This document shows positions 14,327-25,895 of a DNA stretch of 64,000 nucleotides, piece after piece. The stretch is from Tubulanus polymorphus (Eukaryota > Animalia > Nemertea): assembly GCF_964204645.1 (NCBI RefSeq), contig NC_134028.1, positions 7,068,001-7,132,000 on the forward strand, in the 5' to 3' direction. Within the stretch, counting starts at the first letter, position 1, and the number at the start of each line of letters is the position of its first letter. The notes beneath the pieces were generated by a model. It saw only the letters and a program-made list of their open reading frames with translations. It was not told where the DNA came from and searched no databases. The translations under genes were made by a program, and so were the position numbers.

Positions 14327-16733
14327 TCTCTGCAGTGGTCCCTGAATTTGGCGTGTTTGAATAGGCAATATTAAGAATAAATTGCTGTAGTTTATTTTAC
14401 ATACAGTTGACATACGAATACATTGTATCTATTCTTTTAAACCTGAGGTGACATAATATTTTGATACACGTATCCAGGGATGAACGAATCATACAACCAT
14501 GGAACGAATAACTGGCTACGATGATGACGCTTTAGTTACGTGACGCGACAAATCCTTACTCGGCTGTTCCCAGCATTGCAACTCGATTTGTGAAGGCTGC
14601 ATACACACCGCGCGGCGTCTCCTTCCGTTCTCATTCGACCCTGGATACGCGTTCGTATCGAGATATATATATACACATACATATTCGCGATCCGTTCGAA
14701 AGTTTGACAGGTAGGTCGATATATTGTCATAACCTATCGAAAAATAATTTGCTAGTAGAATGTTATGAAGAATGTAGCGCTTACACGTGGTTTAAGAGGT
14801 TTCTATCGGTTCTAAGGGGATGATAGGGGCGTGTCCGTTGTAATGCATGGCGCCATCTCATCATTTTAAAAGAAGATTTTCATTTACGATTCAAATATCC
14901 TCTGGGAGTGTAGGATTATACATGATAGGCTACAATTCTCAGTCCGTATTCTTTCTATCGGGAGGTTCGTGAAAAAAAGGCGTTTAAAATGGCAATATTG
15001 TTTGTATGACGGGTGTTTGCTACTTATTGTTGGTATTTGATGCACTAACTATACTTGTCATACTCGTTTCCAATACGTCCATTGTATCTTCTGAAAGGCA
15101 ACCAGATGTGACCAGGAAAAATGCATATACCGTATTACAGCCAATGCATTTTTCCTGGTAACATTCATCTCAACAATCAACATTCTTTTGCCAAGCCAAA
15201 AGCGAAAATCTAGAGCAACTGAACTAAATACGGTAAACCTTACTTAAGTCGGATATCAGCGGAAAGTTGGATAGTCGCTTATATAGTAGGATGAATCCCG
15301 ATTTTTACTTCTTTCTTGCGAAGAAATTTGATATATTCCAAAGTTTGATTTTTTAAGTCGGAAACTCGTCTATCTCGTAGGTTATTTTCTTAGTTACAAT
15401 CCTTCCTCGAAAGCCGGAAGGCTATTGCAGTTTCCATTGCAGTTTCATTTCTTCCCTGTTCTGTTCCGACCCCAGTTTCTGGCTTAAAATCGACGATGCA
15501 TGTCAACAGTCGTTATTTTAAATGTGATACAGTGTTTTAGAATAGAAAAATCAACCCGAAATATTTCGGCGTTTTTGAATCATTTCTTGTCAGATATTTA
15601 TTCAATTCAGACAGAAATTATTTCTCAAGTCGTAGTTTTCGGAACAAGGCCGGAAATCCGACTTAATCAAAGTCTGCGGAGGATTTTACTTGGTCCTAAA
15701 AATCCCACTTTCTGACGCAAGATTTACTGTTGAAATCGTCGATATCAGTCGGGATTGTATGGAATTTATGAAAAGATATTCCTGGGGATGTACATCGTAC
15801 GTATGGAAATAGCTCTAGGTGAATATTGATAATACAGAATACATTATTACGGGAAAATTATCACGCATTTATAAATAATTTACTAGACTGTCGTAATGCA
15901 TTGCGTGTATTGTTTTCGCTGCTCACAAGCGGGTGACCATTGACGAGAGACGAAATTCGTCAATTTCTAAGGTGAAGTTAATTTGACGAATTGACGAAAT
16001 CGTATTTTGGGTTTTTTGAGGCATCACGGCTCCCGCGGGGCTTGTAGGATGGAAAATTTGCGATTTAAATGTATGACGCTCGGGCGGCGGTGATGGCTAG
16101 TAATTCCTATCCAAAAGTTACGACAAAATCAATCATACAAGATTAGATACAAAGGCGCGCAGTGACTTCTATTTCGCTGCAAAATCAAATTATGTTACAT
16201 TGTATCATCTAGTCCTACGGGCGCTATGACCTAGTCAGTCGGGCCATCTTTTCAAAAATTGTTTATCGGTCACTCATAGCCATTCAAATGCTTGCGAATA
16301 ATTTCATTTCGTCAAACCGTCTCAACAACGAAACTCCGAATCGATTCTCGTGCTATTCCAACCGCATTCCACAGAATACGTTTCTTCGTTTCATTTTACA
16401 TGGCAGCATTGCGGAGGGGATATAATCGATATTTTAGAACGAAGTAGTCGGTTAATTAATCAAGCAGTTGTAGAACCGATAGAAACGAAGGCCATGCTTT
16501 GGTACATAATCAAGTAGATATTCAATAAACACTCTGCAAAGCGTGGTCTATGTGTGTAGTAACAAAAATGTTGATTAGAACTTCATATACAACTCGATCA
16601 CTCTCGTGTACAATGAAATGTTTGTTAATTATCCAGGGCAAATATCTGGGTTACGTTTCCTTATGCGATCATCATATTGATCTTTCGTTCTTTTTTTCTC
16701 AGGTTTTTTTAGGACGCTCTCCAACAGTTGAAA

Positions 16734-17345
16734 ATGCAGGACAACAAACAATATCCGCCTCAACAATACCCACCTCAACAGGGCCAGCCAGCAGTTCAGT
16801 ACACTGCACCACCGCCGGGGTACCAACCGGGTCAACCAGGAGCTCAGCCCCCGGTTTACATAGCAACCACGTACCAGCCGACTCAGTTACTCAACCCAGG
16901 GTTCAAAGCCAAACGTGAATTAGGATGTGGTATCACATTAACTGTATTCGGCTGTCTATATTTGATCAATGGTTTCGTAGAAATGTCGAAGGGCAGATCG
17001 AAATTCTACCAAGGATTTTGGGGTGGAGCCCTTTTCCTCGTCACTGGAGTTATGGGCATTATGGCCGGCAAAACCCGCAAAAATGGATATATGATTGCGT
17101 CGATAGTATTGTGCGTGATATCTGCAATCTTAAGTTTTGTTTGTTTCGCCATTCTGCTTTTTGCTGCCGTGGTTCTCATGAATGGCGGCCATTTGTTTGC
17201 TATGTTTGGTATTTTGACCATCATAAACGCCATTGTTGCGTTGGTAGTTTTCATCATCGCCATTGTTCAGGCCGCTACTTGCTGTAAATGTTGTTACGGA
17301 CCGGAAGCCCAACAAGCCGCTCCTGTTTCGAATGCTGCTGTCTAG
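16734..17345 (+). CDS. MS4A/CD20-like four-transmembrane protein (single coding exon, 203 aa)
   Basis: ATG at 16734 follows an intron acceptor (tttttttctcag, 16702). P/Q/Y-rich N-terminus, four hydrophobic helices, the MS4A-type GFWGGALFLVTG motif in TM2, and a post-TM4 CCKCC cluster. Confidence 0.85.
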   Translation: MQDNKQYPPQQYPPQQGQPAVQYTAPPPGYQPGQPGAQPPVYIATTYQPTQLLNPGFKAKRELGCGITLTVFGCLYLINGFVEMSKGRSKFYQGFWGGALFLVTGVMGIMAGKTRKNGYMIASIVLCVISAILSFVCFAILLFAAVVLMNGGHLFAMFGILTIINAIVALVVFIIAIVQAATCCKCCYGPEAQQAAPVSNAAV

Positions 17346-18538
17346 TTTCTACGTCTTTGAGATTATTGCAGTGCAGGCCTGAAACACGTATATAGAAACA
17401 TAGCCTACATAGTAATATCAACCATCTTATAAACCGCTTTCCATATCATCACGCCCCGATCGAGAAGAGTATTCTAAAAGAAAGCGAACTTCAAGGGAAA
17501 ACGAACTGAAAAATGCATTTTAACGACAATTCTAACTTTTCACGATAACACTTCAGTGTAAAAGGGCATTAATCGACGATGAACACAGACAGTTTGCTAT
17601 TGTTGGATTTAAACAGGGTTAAAGATACGTATCGTTAAACGTCGGCAAGAACTCTTTTCGCGAGACTGTGAGGTGACAAAAAGCCAGTTGGGGATTAAAA
17701 GGTCACAGAAGACCTATATATATACATACATATATACGTACATACATCGAGAGAATATCGGTTCACCGCCATAGTAGCCATCCCATCCCATTCAGGGCGA
17801 TTTTGAACCTTGCTTGCTGATGCTCCATCGCAGGTGTCTGGTTCGATAAACCCGTATATTGAGAGACTCATAATATGCATATTCGGGTACGATAAAATCA
17901 CCAAAGAGTCTAAAACGTTTTAGAATCCATAATCAAATCAAACATATAAAGGGTTTACTTATACTTATGATTTTTTATGACACATTTTATGCGACGACGA
18001 CGGCCTATCGTGAATGTATTGTACGCACGCGCGCTTATTGTAGAGGCTGGCAGGATTCGATCGCGGAGGGTGTACAGCTCTTTACACGCTTTTTAATCAG
18101 TCATCATCATTATCACCACCACGAGAAACATCAGGAATAGATCTTATGATTGGAATGTACTGCGGTATTGCATTCCATGATGTCGACCTTTCCTCGACAC
18201 GACGATGCCAACCGATTCAAATGGGAATTAATCAAACGCGAGAAACGTTATTTGCTAACCGACATCATAGTATAGTAACGAGCAACTACCATAATGATGG
18301 AATGACATTATATAATATGTATATATAAATGTATATCTTACTCACAATGATTATGAAAAAATCGTTACATATAAACGTTTTGCTGAATGTATATTTACGT
18401 TATTCGTATGAAATCAAATACGATATACACATATTTTAGATGATATAAAACTCCTCAACTCCGCTTTCTTTCCTTTTGTTTCGAAAAATAGTATGAATTT
18501 ATTCTCGATTTTCTAAGCACGTGATGTATAGTCCGTAG

Positions 18539-18791
18539 CAGGCGCGTGCCGGGGGGGGGGGGGGTTGGTGGTGTCGGGGGTGGCGAACGTACCCTTTAAA
18601 AGTGCCCCTTTAAAAGGGTCAAGATTTTTCGAAATTTGGAAAATGATAAGTGATCCATTCTCAAATGTTTCGTGTCACTGTTAAAAAATCATGTTTAAGA
18701 TCTATCCGTCTTCAATAGGAAAGTGCCCCTTTTCACGGTGAAAAAGTGCCCTTTTTCTAACTGCCCCTCAAAAAAGCTCGGCATGGGCCTG
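18539..18791. mobile_element. CAGG...CCTG MITE, same family as 35979-36288
   Basis: TIRs CAGGCGCGTGCCG / CGGCATGGGCCTG; internal AAGTGCCC repeats; TSD not preserved. Confidence 0.75.
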
Positions 18792-19164
18792 AATATATCC
18801 AATGCACTTAATATGTTATATCCAACAAACATATATGTGCGAAGTTGATGTCTATTGATTTGTAATATAATCATCATCATTATTTTCTATTATTGATTGT
18901 GCCGTCGATTTATTACGTTACCATGGTTTCCAAACGATATGTGTTCTTTGTATTCATTCAATGAATGGTGCTATTCCAGATCGATGGCACCTACTGCTAT
19001 GATTTTCTATCGTAGCAGCAAAATCTAATAGGGTAAAAGTATTTTCTATGATATTATTTTGAATATTTTTGGTGCTATACTGTTTATAACGCACCACGCA
19101 ACTGAATACCTGATAAATACGTGATCCGACTCGATCCGTCGCGCGTTTATACGTCCCCTGTAGT

Positions 19165-19274
19165 CATCCTCCCCCGGCAGGGATTCGAACCTGATGGCAT
19201 CGCGTACCATGTCGCGTCGCGTACCGCAGAGTTTGCCGATGTCAACAGGTTCGAATCCCTGCCGAGCGAGGATG
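19165..19274. repeat. hairpin with tRNA T-arm/B-box-like arms
   Basis: CATCCTC...CGGCAGGGATTCGAACCTG..GGCATCG / CGATGTC..CAGGTTCGAATCCCTGCCG...GAGGATG; arms of about 38 bp. Confidence 0.85.
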
Positions 19275-22200
19275 CTTCGCGCGCGATTATGACCACTCTT
19301 TCGAGGCGCCATTTGAGACGATTTGGTCAAAAGTTCACCCGTTGTCGATCGATTTAGATTCGATTTTTCATTATGGACCGCAGTATGAACGAATCTAGAA
19401 TCTAACATGCCAACAATTGTTTCATAAACGATTAGCCTACTTGACGAGCGATTTCTCGTAGTCAATCGAAAATTGTCTTTACTGCAGGTATCGGGCATTA
19501 AAATTCTTGTAATTCTTGAAGTATTGGGCATTTAAAACGACTTCGTAAACATCTTTTGCCTGATTTTTTTTCCGTAGGCATATAAAGAAGGGATATATTC
19601 GACAATCAAACTTCATCTAGTTGAAAATAAATTCTATATAAAACTAACGAGTTCCTGGTATGATGAGATACCCTTGTAGAAATCAATCCATAAGACACAC
19701 GACTCACGGTTACGTGGCGGTTGCCTTTTTGAATCTTTGAAATTTTCAAGCTGTCCGGTTTTCGTAGTTGTCTGTATTTTCTGACTGTCAAACTGTCAAG
19801 TATTGACACATTTTATATCCTACAGTACTTTGTTAGAAACATGAAATGTAGCCTAATATATAATTTGATATAGGTGAATGTCAATGGAATATAGATGTAT
19901 TTTGTGAAATGAACTGTTAAGAATATATATATAGATTAAGGATAACTGTTTAAATCTATAAAGTTAATATGTGCTACTATATATCTATAAAAAACGTCTG
20001 TATATTTTTGCATGCATCTTATAGAAAATGAGAATTAATATTTTTTTTGCTTGCTTCTGAACTCGGCAGATGTACAGGTAGGCTACTCGCTGTGAGCAGT
20101 AGCGGAAAGTTCCGAGGCAACTTATTGGCTTACCGATGGAATTCGTTGCCATGGAAACAATAGGATCGAGGTGCGACCTTGAAAGGTTGGAATTAAAAAT
20201 AATCCCATCCCATGTTCAGTGAGGAAAAGCCGTATTTTTTTCGACAATTGCTTTACGTAAATGGAAAAAAATAAAAATATTGACGAAGTCAAATGAGTTG
20301 TTTTTACGTCTGTTGGGCTGTAATGAAGTCTTCTGCTTTATGTTTCAAACGAAATAAAGATTTTTATCGGTTGATTGCAGATGGTAAAATACAATACATG
20401 ACGTACTTTACGCGGTATGTATGTACCGAAAAACATAGATTTTGCTTAATGGGCGAATTTAGATTTAATATACGGCACCAACTGCAAGCAGCCGTAATCC
20501 CCTGATAATCCAACTGCGGCCTGTTGATTATACGCGAACCATTTGTATTTATCAAATGAACGCGAAGAGAACCTAATTGATGGAGCCTGTTTCTATGGAG
20601 ACCAGAACTGCAGTTACCCGACCACGACGTTGAGGTCTGGATAAACATTTAGAGGATGTACACGCGAGATTTGTGGGCTCCCAAGAGGAAAATTATCTCG
20701 ACGTATTTGATACAGACATGAAATAACATGTATTTCTGATGTTTGTGGAAGTGAAATAGTCTGTCTGACGTAAAGCAGGTTTGAAAAACTGCCAAGACCA
20801 CGGTAAAAGTTGACTTCGGCGCTTATTTCGGATCTTTTGGAACCGTAAAAAAGGGTCCGACTGGAGTAATATCCGAGTTGGGTGGTATATATTTCGTATA
20901 TAACGTCACGAAAAATATTCAGAAGATAACACGCGATTTGAACGGTGTCTACTGCTGTTAATAAAAAGAGGAAAGATATCATAGTCGCTGGAGAATTTAT
21001 CTCGTCATCAAGTTGGATTTAGCCTCTCGCCAGTTTTGTCGAATCGTGCACGCAACATGTTTCTGCGCTATTTTTTCAACAGATGGGAGAGATTTCTCGC
21101 ATGGTATCCATGGAAACCAGCGTAAAGCAAGCAGCGCATTCCTCGATATTGATACACTTACCTGGAGAAACCACCACAAGATTGTATCGAGCAAGGGAAA
21201 TCCAAAATCCTCGATTAATAACGTTAAAAAATCGCTATAAACAGAGAATGAATTTACATGAATTACAAAATTTTTATTTTAATGTTTTTTTCTTCGATTG
21301 ACGTTATAACATAATAGTTTTGAAGTTTTCAACAAAATGATCACATTTACATATATTACACTACGTTATAGCAGTAGGTTATAATTAATTTGCATATCAC
21401 ACAAAAAGATTTAGCGGTGAAGATTTTATAAACAAATTCATTAAAACAGCCTTCAAAAATCTTCTTACCCAACTCTGAATATCAGTGTAAATATGGACGT
21501 ATATTCTAGTCGGAATGTGTGGACAATATGTACAATGTATTCGATTTAATTCCCTAGCAACGTTTGTATTTGTTTCCGAAATTCTCTCTACAAAAAGCAA
21601 TGGATGGAATTCATAAAATACATTTCAGATATTTCATAAAACGCCTGATTGAACAGAATAATCGACCGAGTTTCGCCGGTACATTCCAAAGCGAAAACAC
21701 ATCATTAAACGCCAGCAGTTACGACTGCATTTTTCCTTCATCGAGGATTATCCGTACCCGAGGTTTCCCTTTTTCATCGAGACAGTAATCGTTAAAACCT
21801 AACAATTCGACACTCATCCTCTCTTTAGAAATTGTAACGGATCTTCATAAAGAATTTCAGACACTGCGGGGGACCCCACAAGGCCTTAAACATGGGAAGC
21901 CGACGAAATCGCTTAATTCGCTTTTCTATCGGATCGTATTCATAAGAAAAGAAAGGGTATCCCGCCTTCCAATTTTTATTGATCGGTCCCAACAGTCTCT
22001 GCAATCATAACACTGTGCAGGCAGGTTCGAATCACATAAAATGAGGATTCGAAGGGCCTGCGATATTGATAGCCGCATATTGTTCATATACATGATGAGG
22101 ACGCGACGCATCTTCTTTTTTCAAATATGATAAGTACGTTAACATTCACAAAGGATACAAAAAATACTTAGAGATAATGATAATAATATTTGATAAAATA

Positions 22201-22532
22201 AAGTCACTTATTTTGATTTTTAACTATAAGACCGTCCTAACAAGTACCAGCAAAATGGAGGCCGCTTGTAGAAGTCTGAATCACAAATTATGCCGACGTA
22301 TGTTTATGAACAACAAAATATCGATGTAAATAATGAAAAGTTTTTGATGAACGAATGAATGAATATAATTATCTATCGCTAATCGAACGATAGGGAGAGT
22401 AGTGAAGGAGCTGTGTGTTCATCGCATTTAACATCACTAAACGTGAAGACAAATAGATGTTGTACTTTGAAGCTACGAGCAATCATTCGAGCAATCATCT
22501 CAACATGATTGCTCGTAGTTTGAAGGAAGTCA

Positions 22533-22859
22533 TGGTTCCCACAGTTACATGAATCGAAAATTCCCAGGTTTTTCCTAAATATTTCAAGGGTGTTGTTTAA
22601 ATCTTTTCCAAATGGAAATGAACAGATATCATCATGCTAGTCAACATTTTAGTTGCGACTGGTTGACAAAGGTGATTCTCAAGGGAAATTGCTGAAGAAA
22701 GTTGCCCTCGGCAAGTGCAATCCGTGAAACGTAAATGAATTTCCCAAATATTTCCCCGATTTTAGGAAAATTTTTTGAAATTCCCAAATATTCCCAAACT
22801 GGGAATCATTATTTCAATATTCCAAAGTTTTTCCCAATTTCCCTGTTCTGTGGGAACCA
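22533..22859. mobile_element. MITE with TTCCC subterminal repeats
   Basis: TGGTTCCCACAG / CTGTGGGAACCA inverted ends; related TTCCCTGA-rich elements at about 48001-48219 and 56572-56835. Confidence 0.65.
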
Positions 22860-23044
22860 CGGGTAGTGCATGCAGATAGCTTCACCAGGTGAATAAGTAA
22901 TTACCTGATGAAGCTACAACACACTTTAGTAGCAAAAGCTTGTGCCTGAAATAAATCTAGTTTAAAAGGGCGATCGTCTGCCAGACATGGCAGCATCTCT
23001 GAACCTATGGAGCAGTCAAGAGCTACAATGGTTGAAACATGGTA

Positions 23045-23216
23045 CTGTGGAACTGCGTTATAACGAACTCGGATACAACGATTCATCAGATATAAATATA
23101 GAATTTCGTCCCAAGTAAAAATATTTGAGTAATTTCATACTGGATATAACGAACTATCAGTTATAATGAACAGATATTCTGGTCCCAGCCAAGTTCGCTG
23201 TAATGAGGTTCCACTG
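23045..23216. mobile_element. pogo/Tigger-type MITE
   Basis: TA|CTGTGGAACTGCGTTATAACGAAC ... GTTCGCTGTAATGAGGTTCCACTG|TA. Confidence 0.7.
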
Positions 23217-23727
23217 TATTTCCCAATTATCACTGTTAACCAATTTGGACCCTCCTTTCTGGCAAGGATATGTGTGAACAATGGAATGTTTTTCTTATTT
23301 ATGTAAGTCATTTTATCTAATGGATTCAACAACATCACTGATCATCAATCAAATATATATGCATAAATATATTACAGAAATATTCTTATTTTTTAACCAT
23401 TAATGAATGTTTCTTCACTGAATGAAATAAATGGCACAAAAATGAGCCTCAAAAGCACATTTAATCGTAAACAGTACATATCTATACTCAGCCAAGTGTA
23501 ATATGAGGCTGGGTAGAGACATATGATCATCATCATATACAAGACAGATCCTTAACATCACTTGATCAAATAAATGCTTGGTTACACACACATACAAAAC
23601 TACCGAGATTCATTTCGAATTTCAGATCATTCGGAATTCATTTTTTGATCATTCGCAACTACTGAGTGTCAACTGAGTCAGAATCCCCGGGTTATATTCG
23701 AAACTGGTTGATAAAACCTATCAATAT

Positions 23728-23868
23728 CAGGGCCGTACCAGCATTTGAATTTTGGGGAGCAGAGAAACCCAAAGGGTAGTTCTATTGGATATAACAGTAA
23801 TATTTGCAAAAAGGGCACTTTTCCAGGAGCATTTCTGGGGGCAACTGCCTCCGCTAGGTATGACCCTG
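23728..23868. mobile_element. CAGGG...CCCTG MITE (hAT5-like)
   Basis: TIRs CAGGGCCGTACC / GGTATGACCCTG; perfect 5-bp TSD AATAT. Confidence 0.8.
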
Positions 23869-24234
23869 AATATTACTAGCCGATTTTAATAGGGTGCCAG
23901 AGAAAAACCAAGAAACTTTTGCGTCACCAGGATTCGAACGCACGAAGCCTGGACTGACAAGACGAGCAATGGCTTGAAGGCCTTACGAGATTATTATCAT
24001 CCTTTTGAGATTCTATCGAAATAATCAAAACAATCGATTACTGATATATAATACTGTGAATACCCTATATTATACAATAGAGAGTGCATTGATGATAAAA
24101 TAACTATCCTTTTAATGATATAAATATAGATAACATGTTATTCGTGGTTAAAAACGTTTAAAACCGTAATAGATATTGTAGTTTAAAACTCAATGTTGAA
24201 AATAGATCCAATCCCATTTCGAAGAATACATACA

Positions 24235-24391
24235 CAGTAAACCTCGCCTTAGTCGGAAATGGCAATCCTGGACTTTTTACTAACTCTGACATTTTTCCAA
24301 TTTCTTGATGTATTTTCCTATCCTTCGGACTTCGCTTACCTCGGACCCATTTTGCCGGTCCCAGTTTGTCCAACTTAGGCGAGGTTTACTG
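24235..24391. mobile_element. Tc1/mariner-pogo-type MITE
   Basis: TIRs CAGTAAACCTCGCCTTAGTCGGA / TCCAACTTAGGCGAGGTTTACTG, followed by TA; a longer relative lies at about 15231-15729. Confidence 0.75.
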
Positions 24392-25234
24392 TAGTCGCAC
24401 AATAAAGCTGTATGCGACCTAGTTCTCGTAGATACTTTTCAGATAAAACCAGACCGAGCGTATTTCGTTCCTAAAACAAATTCATGTATTCAGATTAAGC
24501 CCCATTTTGGGTGCAAGCTTTGACTGGAACTCGACTATGGTTCATTTCAGTTTAAATTAAAAATCATTGGATATCTACATTTGACTCCTTCATCCACTTT
24601 GAATCCATCACACGAATCCAAGGGTCAGTTGCACAGTCATGGCTATGATTCGAAACAAGTCTAAGACCAACTTAGTCAATCTAACAAACTTAAAATTGGT
24701 CTCAAAATTGTCTAAGACCACATTGGACATAAACCACGACTGTACAACTGTCCCAAGGGGATTCATGAGACTTGCAGCAGCCAGATTTTCGAGTTACCCG
24801 TGAAAAATGTAAAACCTCTGCATTTATTGAAATTATTCTAGTCACCGGATACCCACGGAATAATATCGAGCAATAACAAACAGCGTTCTTCCCAACTTAC
24901 TCATAAACCAGTTCATACAGTTATAGTTTTGAATTCATTATCATAGAGATTCACTTGACTTTTGTTCGTAACCCTCATATATTCAACAGATCCTGTTTAT
25001 CCGTGATAACGACGAGAAATACATATCGTATATAAAAAACGTCGAGAATAAACCCAGATTTGTTTTCGTAATTAGCTTACATTAACAAACTGGGAAGGAG
25101 GGATGGGTATATTAGAAGTATGTATCAAATGACCGCCGATCCTAAAGCGTACGTATAAGATCGCTCGAGGAATTTCAAAAATGCCGAATGTGTCAGTCAG
25201 TAGTAAATGCTAGAGATGCACAAGTCTCAAGGTT

Positions 25235-25463
25235 AGGGCACACAGGTATATTTACTCACTCGATCAAATCGGCCGTATAAAATATGTTTCATATTTTTGG
25301 CCGATTATTTACGCCGGCGATCGGATCGCCCGCAAATTCGCTCGTCTGCCCGCACTCAGTGTAATAACCAATCAGATCCATTGTCGATATCACGTGATTG
25401 GGTATAATTGCCGCTGTAGATTCACTCGTAGCGATCGCCGAGAAAAACGCCCTCGTGTGCCCT
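25235..25463. mobile_element. MITE in the cadherin 3' UTR region
   Basis: AGGGCACAC / GTGTGCCCT inverted ends; internal ATCG(G/C)CC motifs. Confidence 0.55.
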
Positions 25464-25564
25464 TCGCTTCTGTTCTCATATTTTGAAGTAATCAGGCCGA
25501 CTCGCTAACAAACATACATACACACATGCAATCGCGCTCGTATTACTGCAATCTTGCGAAATCC

Positions 25565-25895
25565 TCAAATATCAGTCGTTTCTAAATTATTCAAAGTCGT
25601 CGGATTATTCCCGTGCGTCGACGACGACAACGTATCATTTGCGATGGCGGCGTCGCTCGCGTTGTTGCCATGGCGATGACGGGCTGTGTTCTGATTAAGG
25701 TCGTTGTGGTTTTTCGCGGCGTCGTGTTCTTTCAACGCGGTCGACAGATAGATGTCCGAATTCGAAACGGCCGAGTTGGGGATTTTGCCATTATTCGGAT
25801 GGTCGTATTCGTCATTGTATAAATCGACGGACACTTCCTGTTCGTCGTAGTGTAGCATCGTCGGGTCGATGTCATTCTCGTCCAATGAATTTTTA
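25565..25895 (-). CDS. cadherin terminal exon with class I PDZ-binding motif
   Basis: ttttttctgtag acceptor, phase 2; KNSLDEND...EQEVSVDLY...NNLETTDI*; candidate AATAAA on the minus strand at 24823-24828. Confidence 0.9.

Noticed and set aside
19046-19531. 161-aa ORF with a repeated RQGFEP-like motif
   Set aside because: A product of the DNA palindrome; no domain features.
23920-23990. tRNA-like B-box sequences (also about 57995-58045 and 61150-61210)
   Set aside because: No complete cloverleaf; these are SINE heads or fragments, not tRNA genes.
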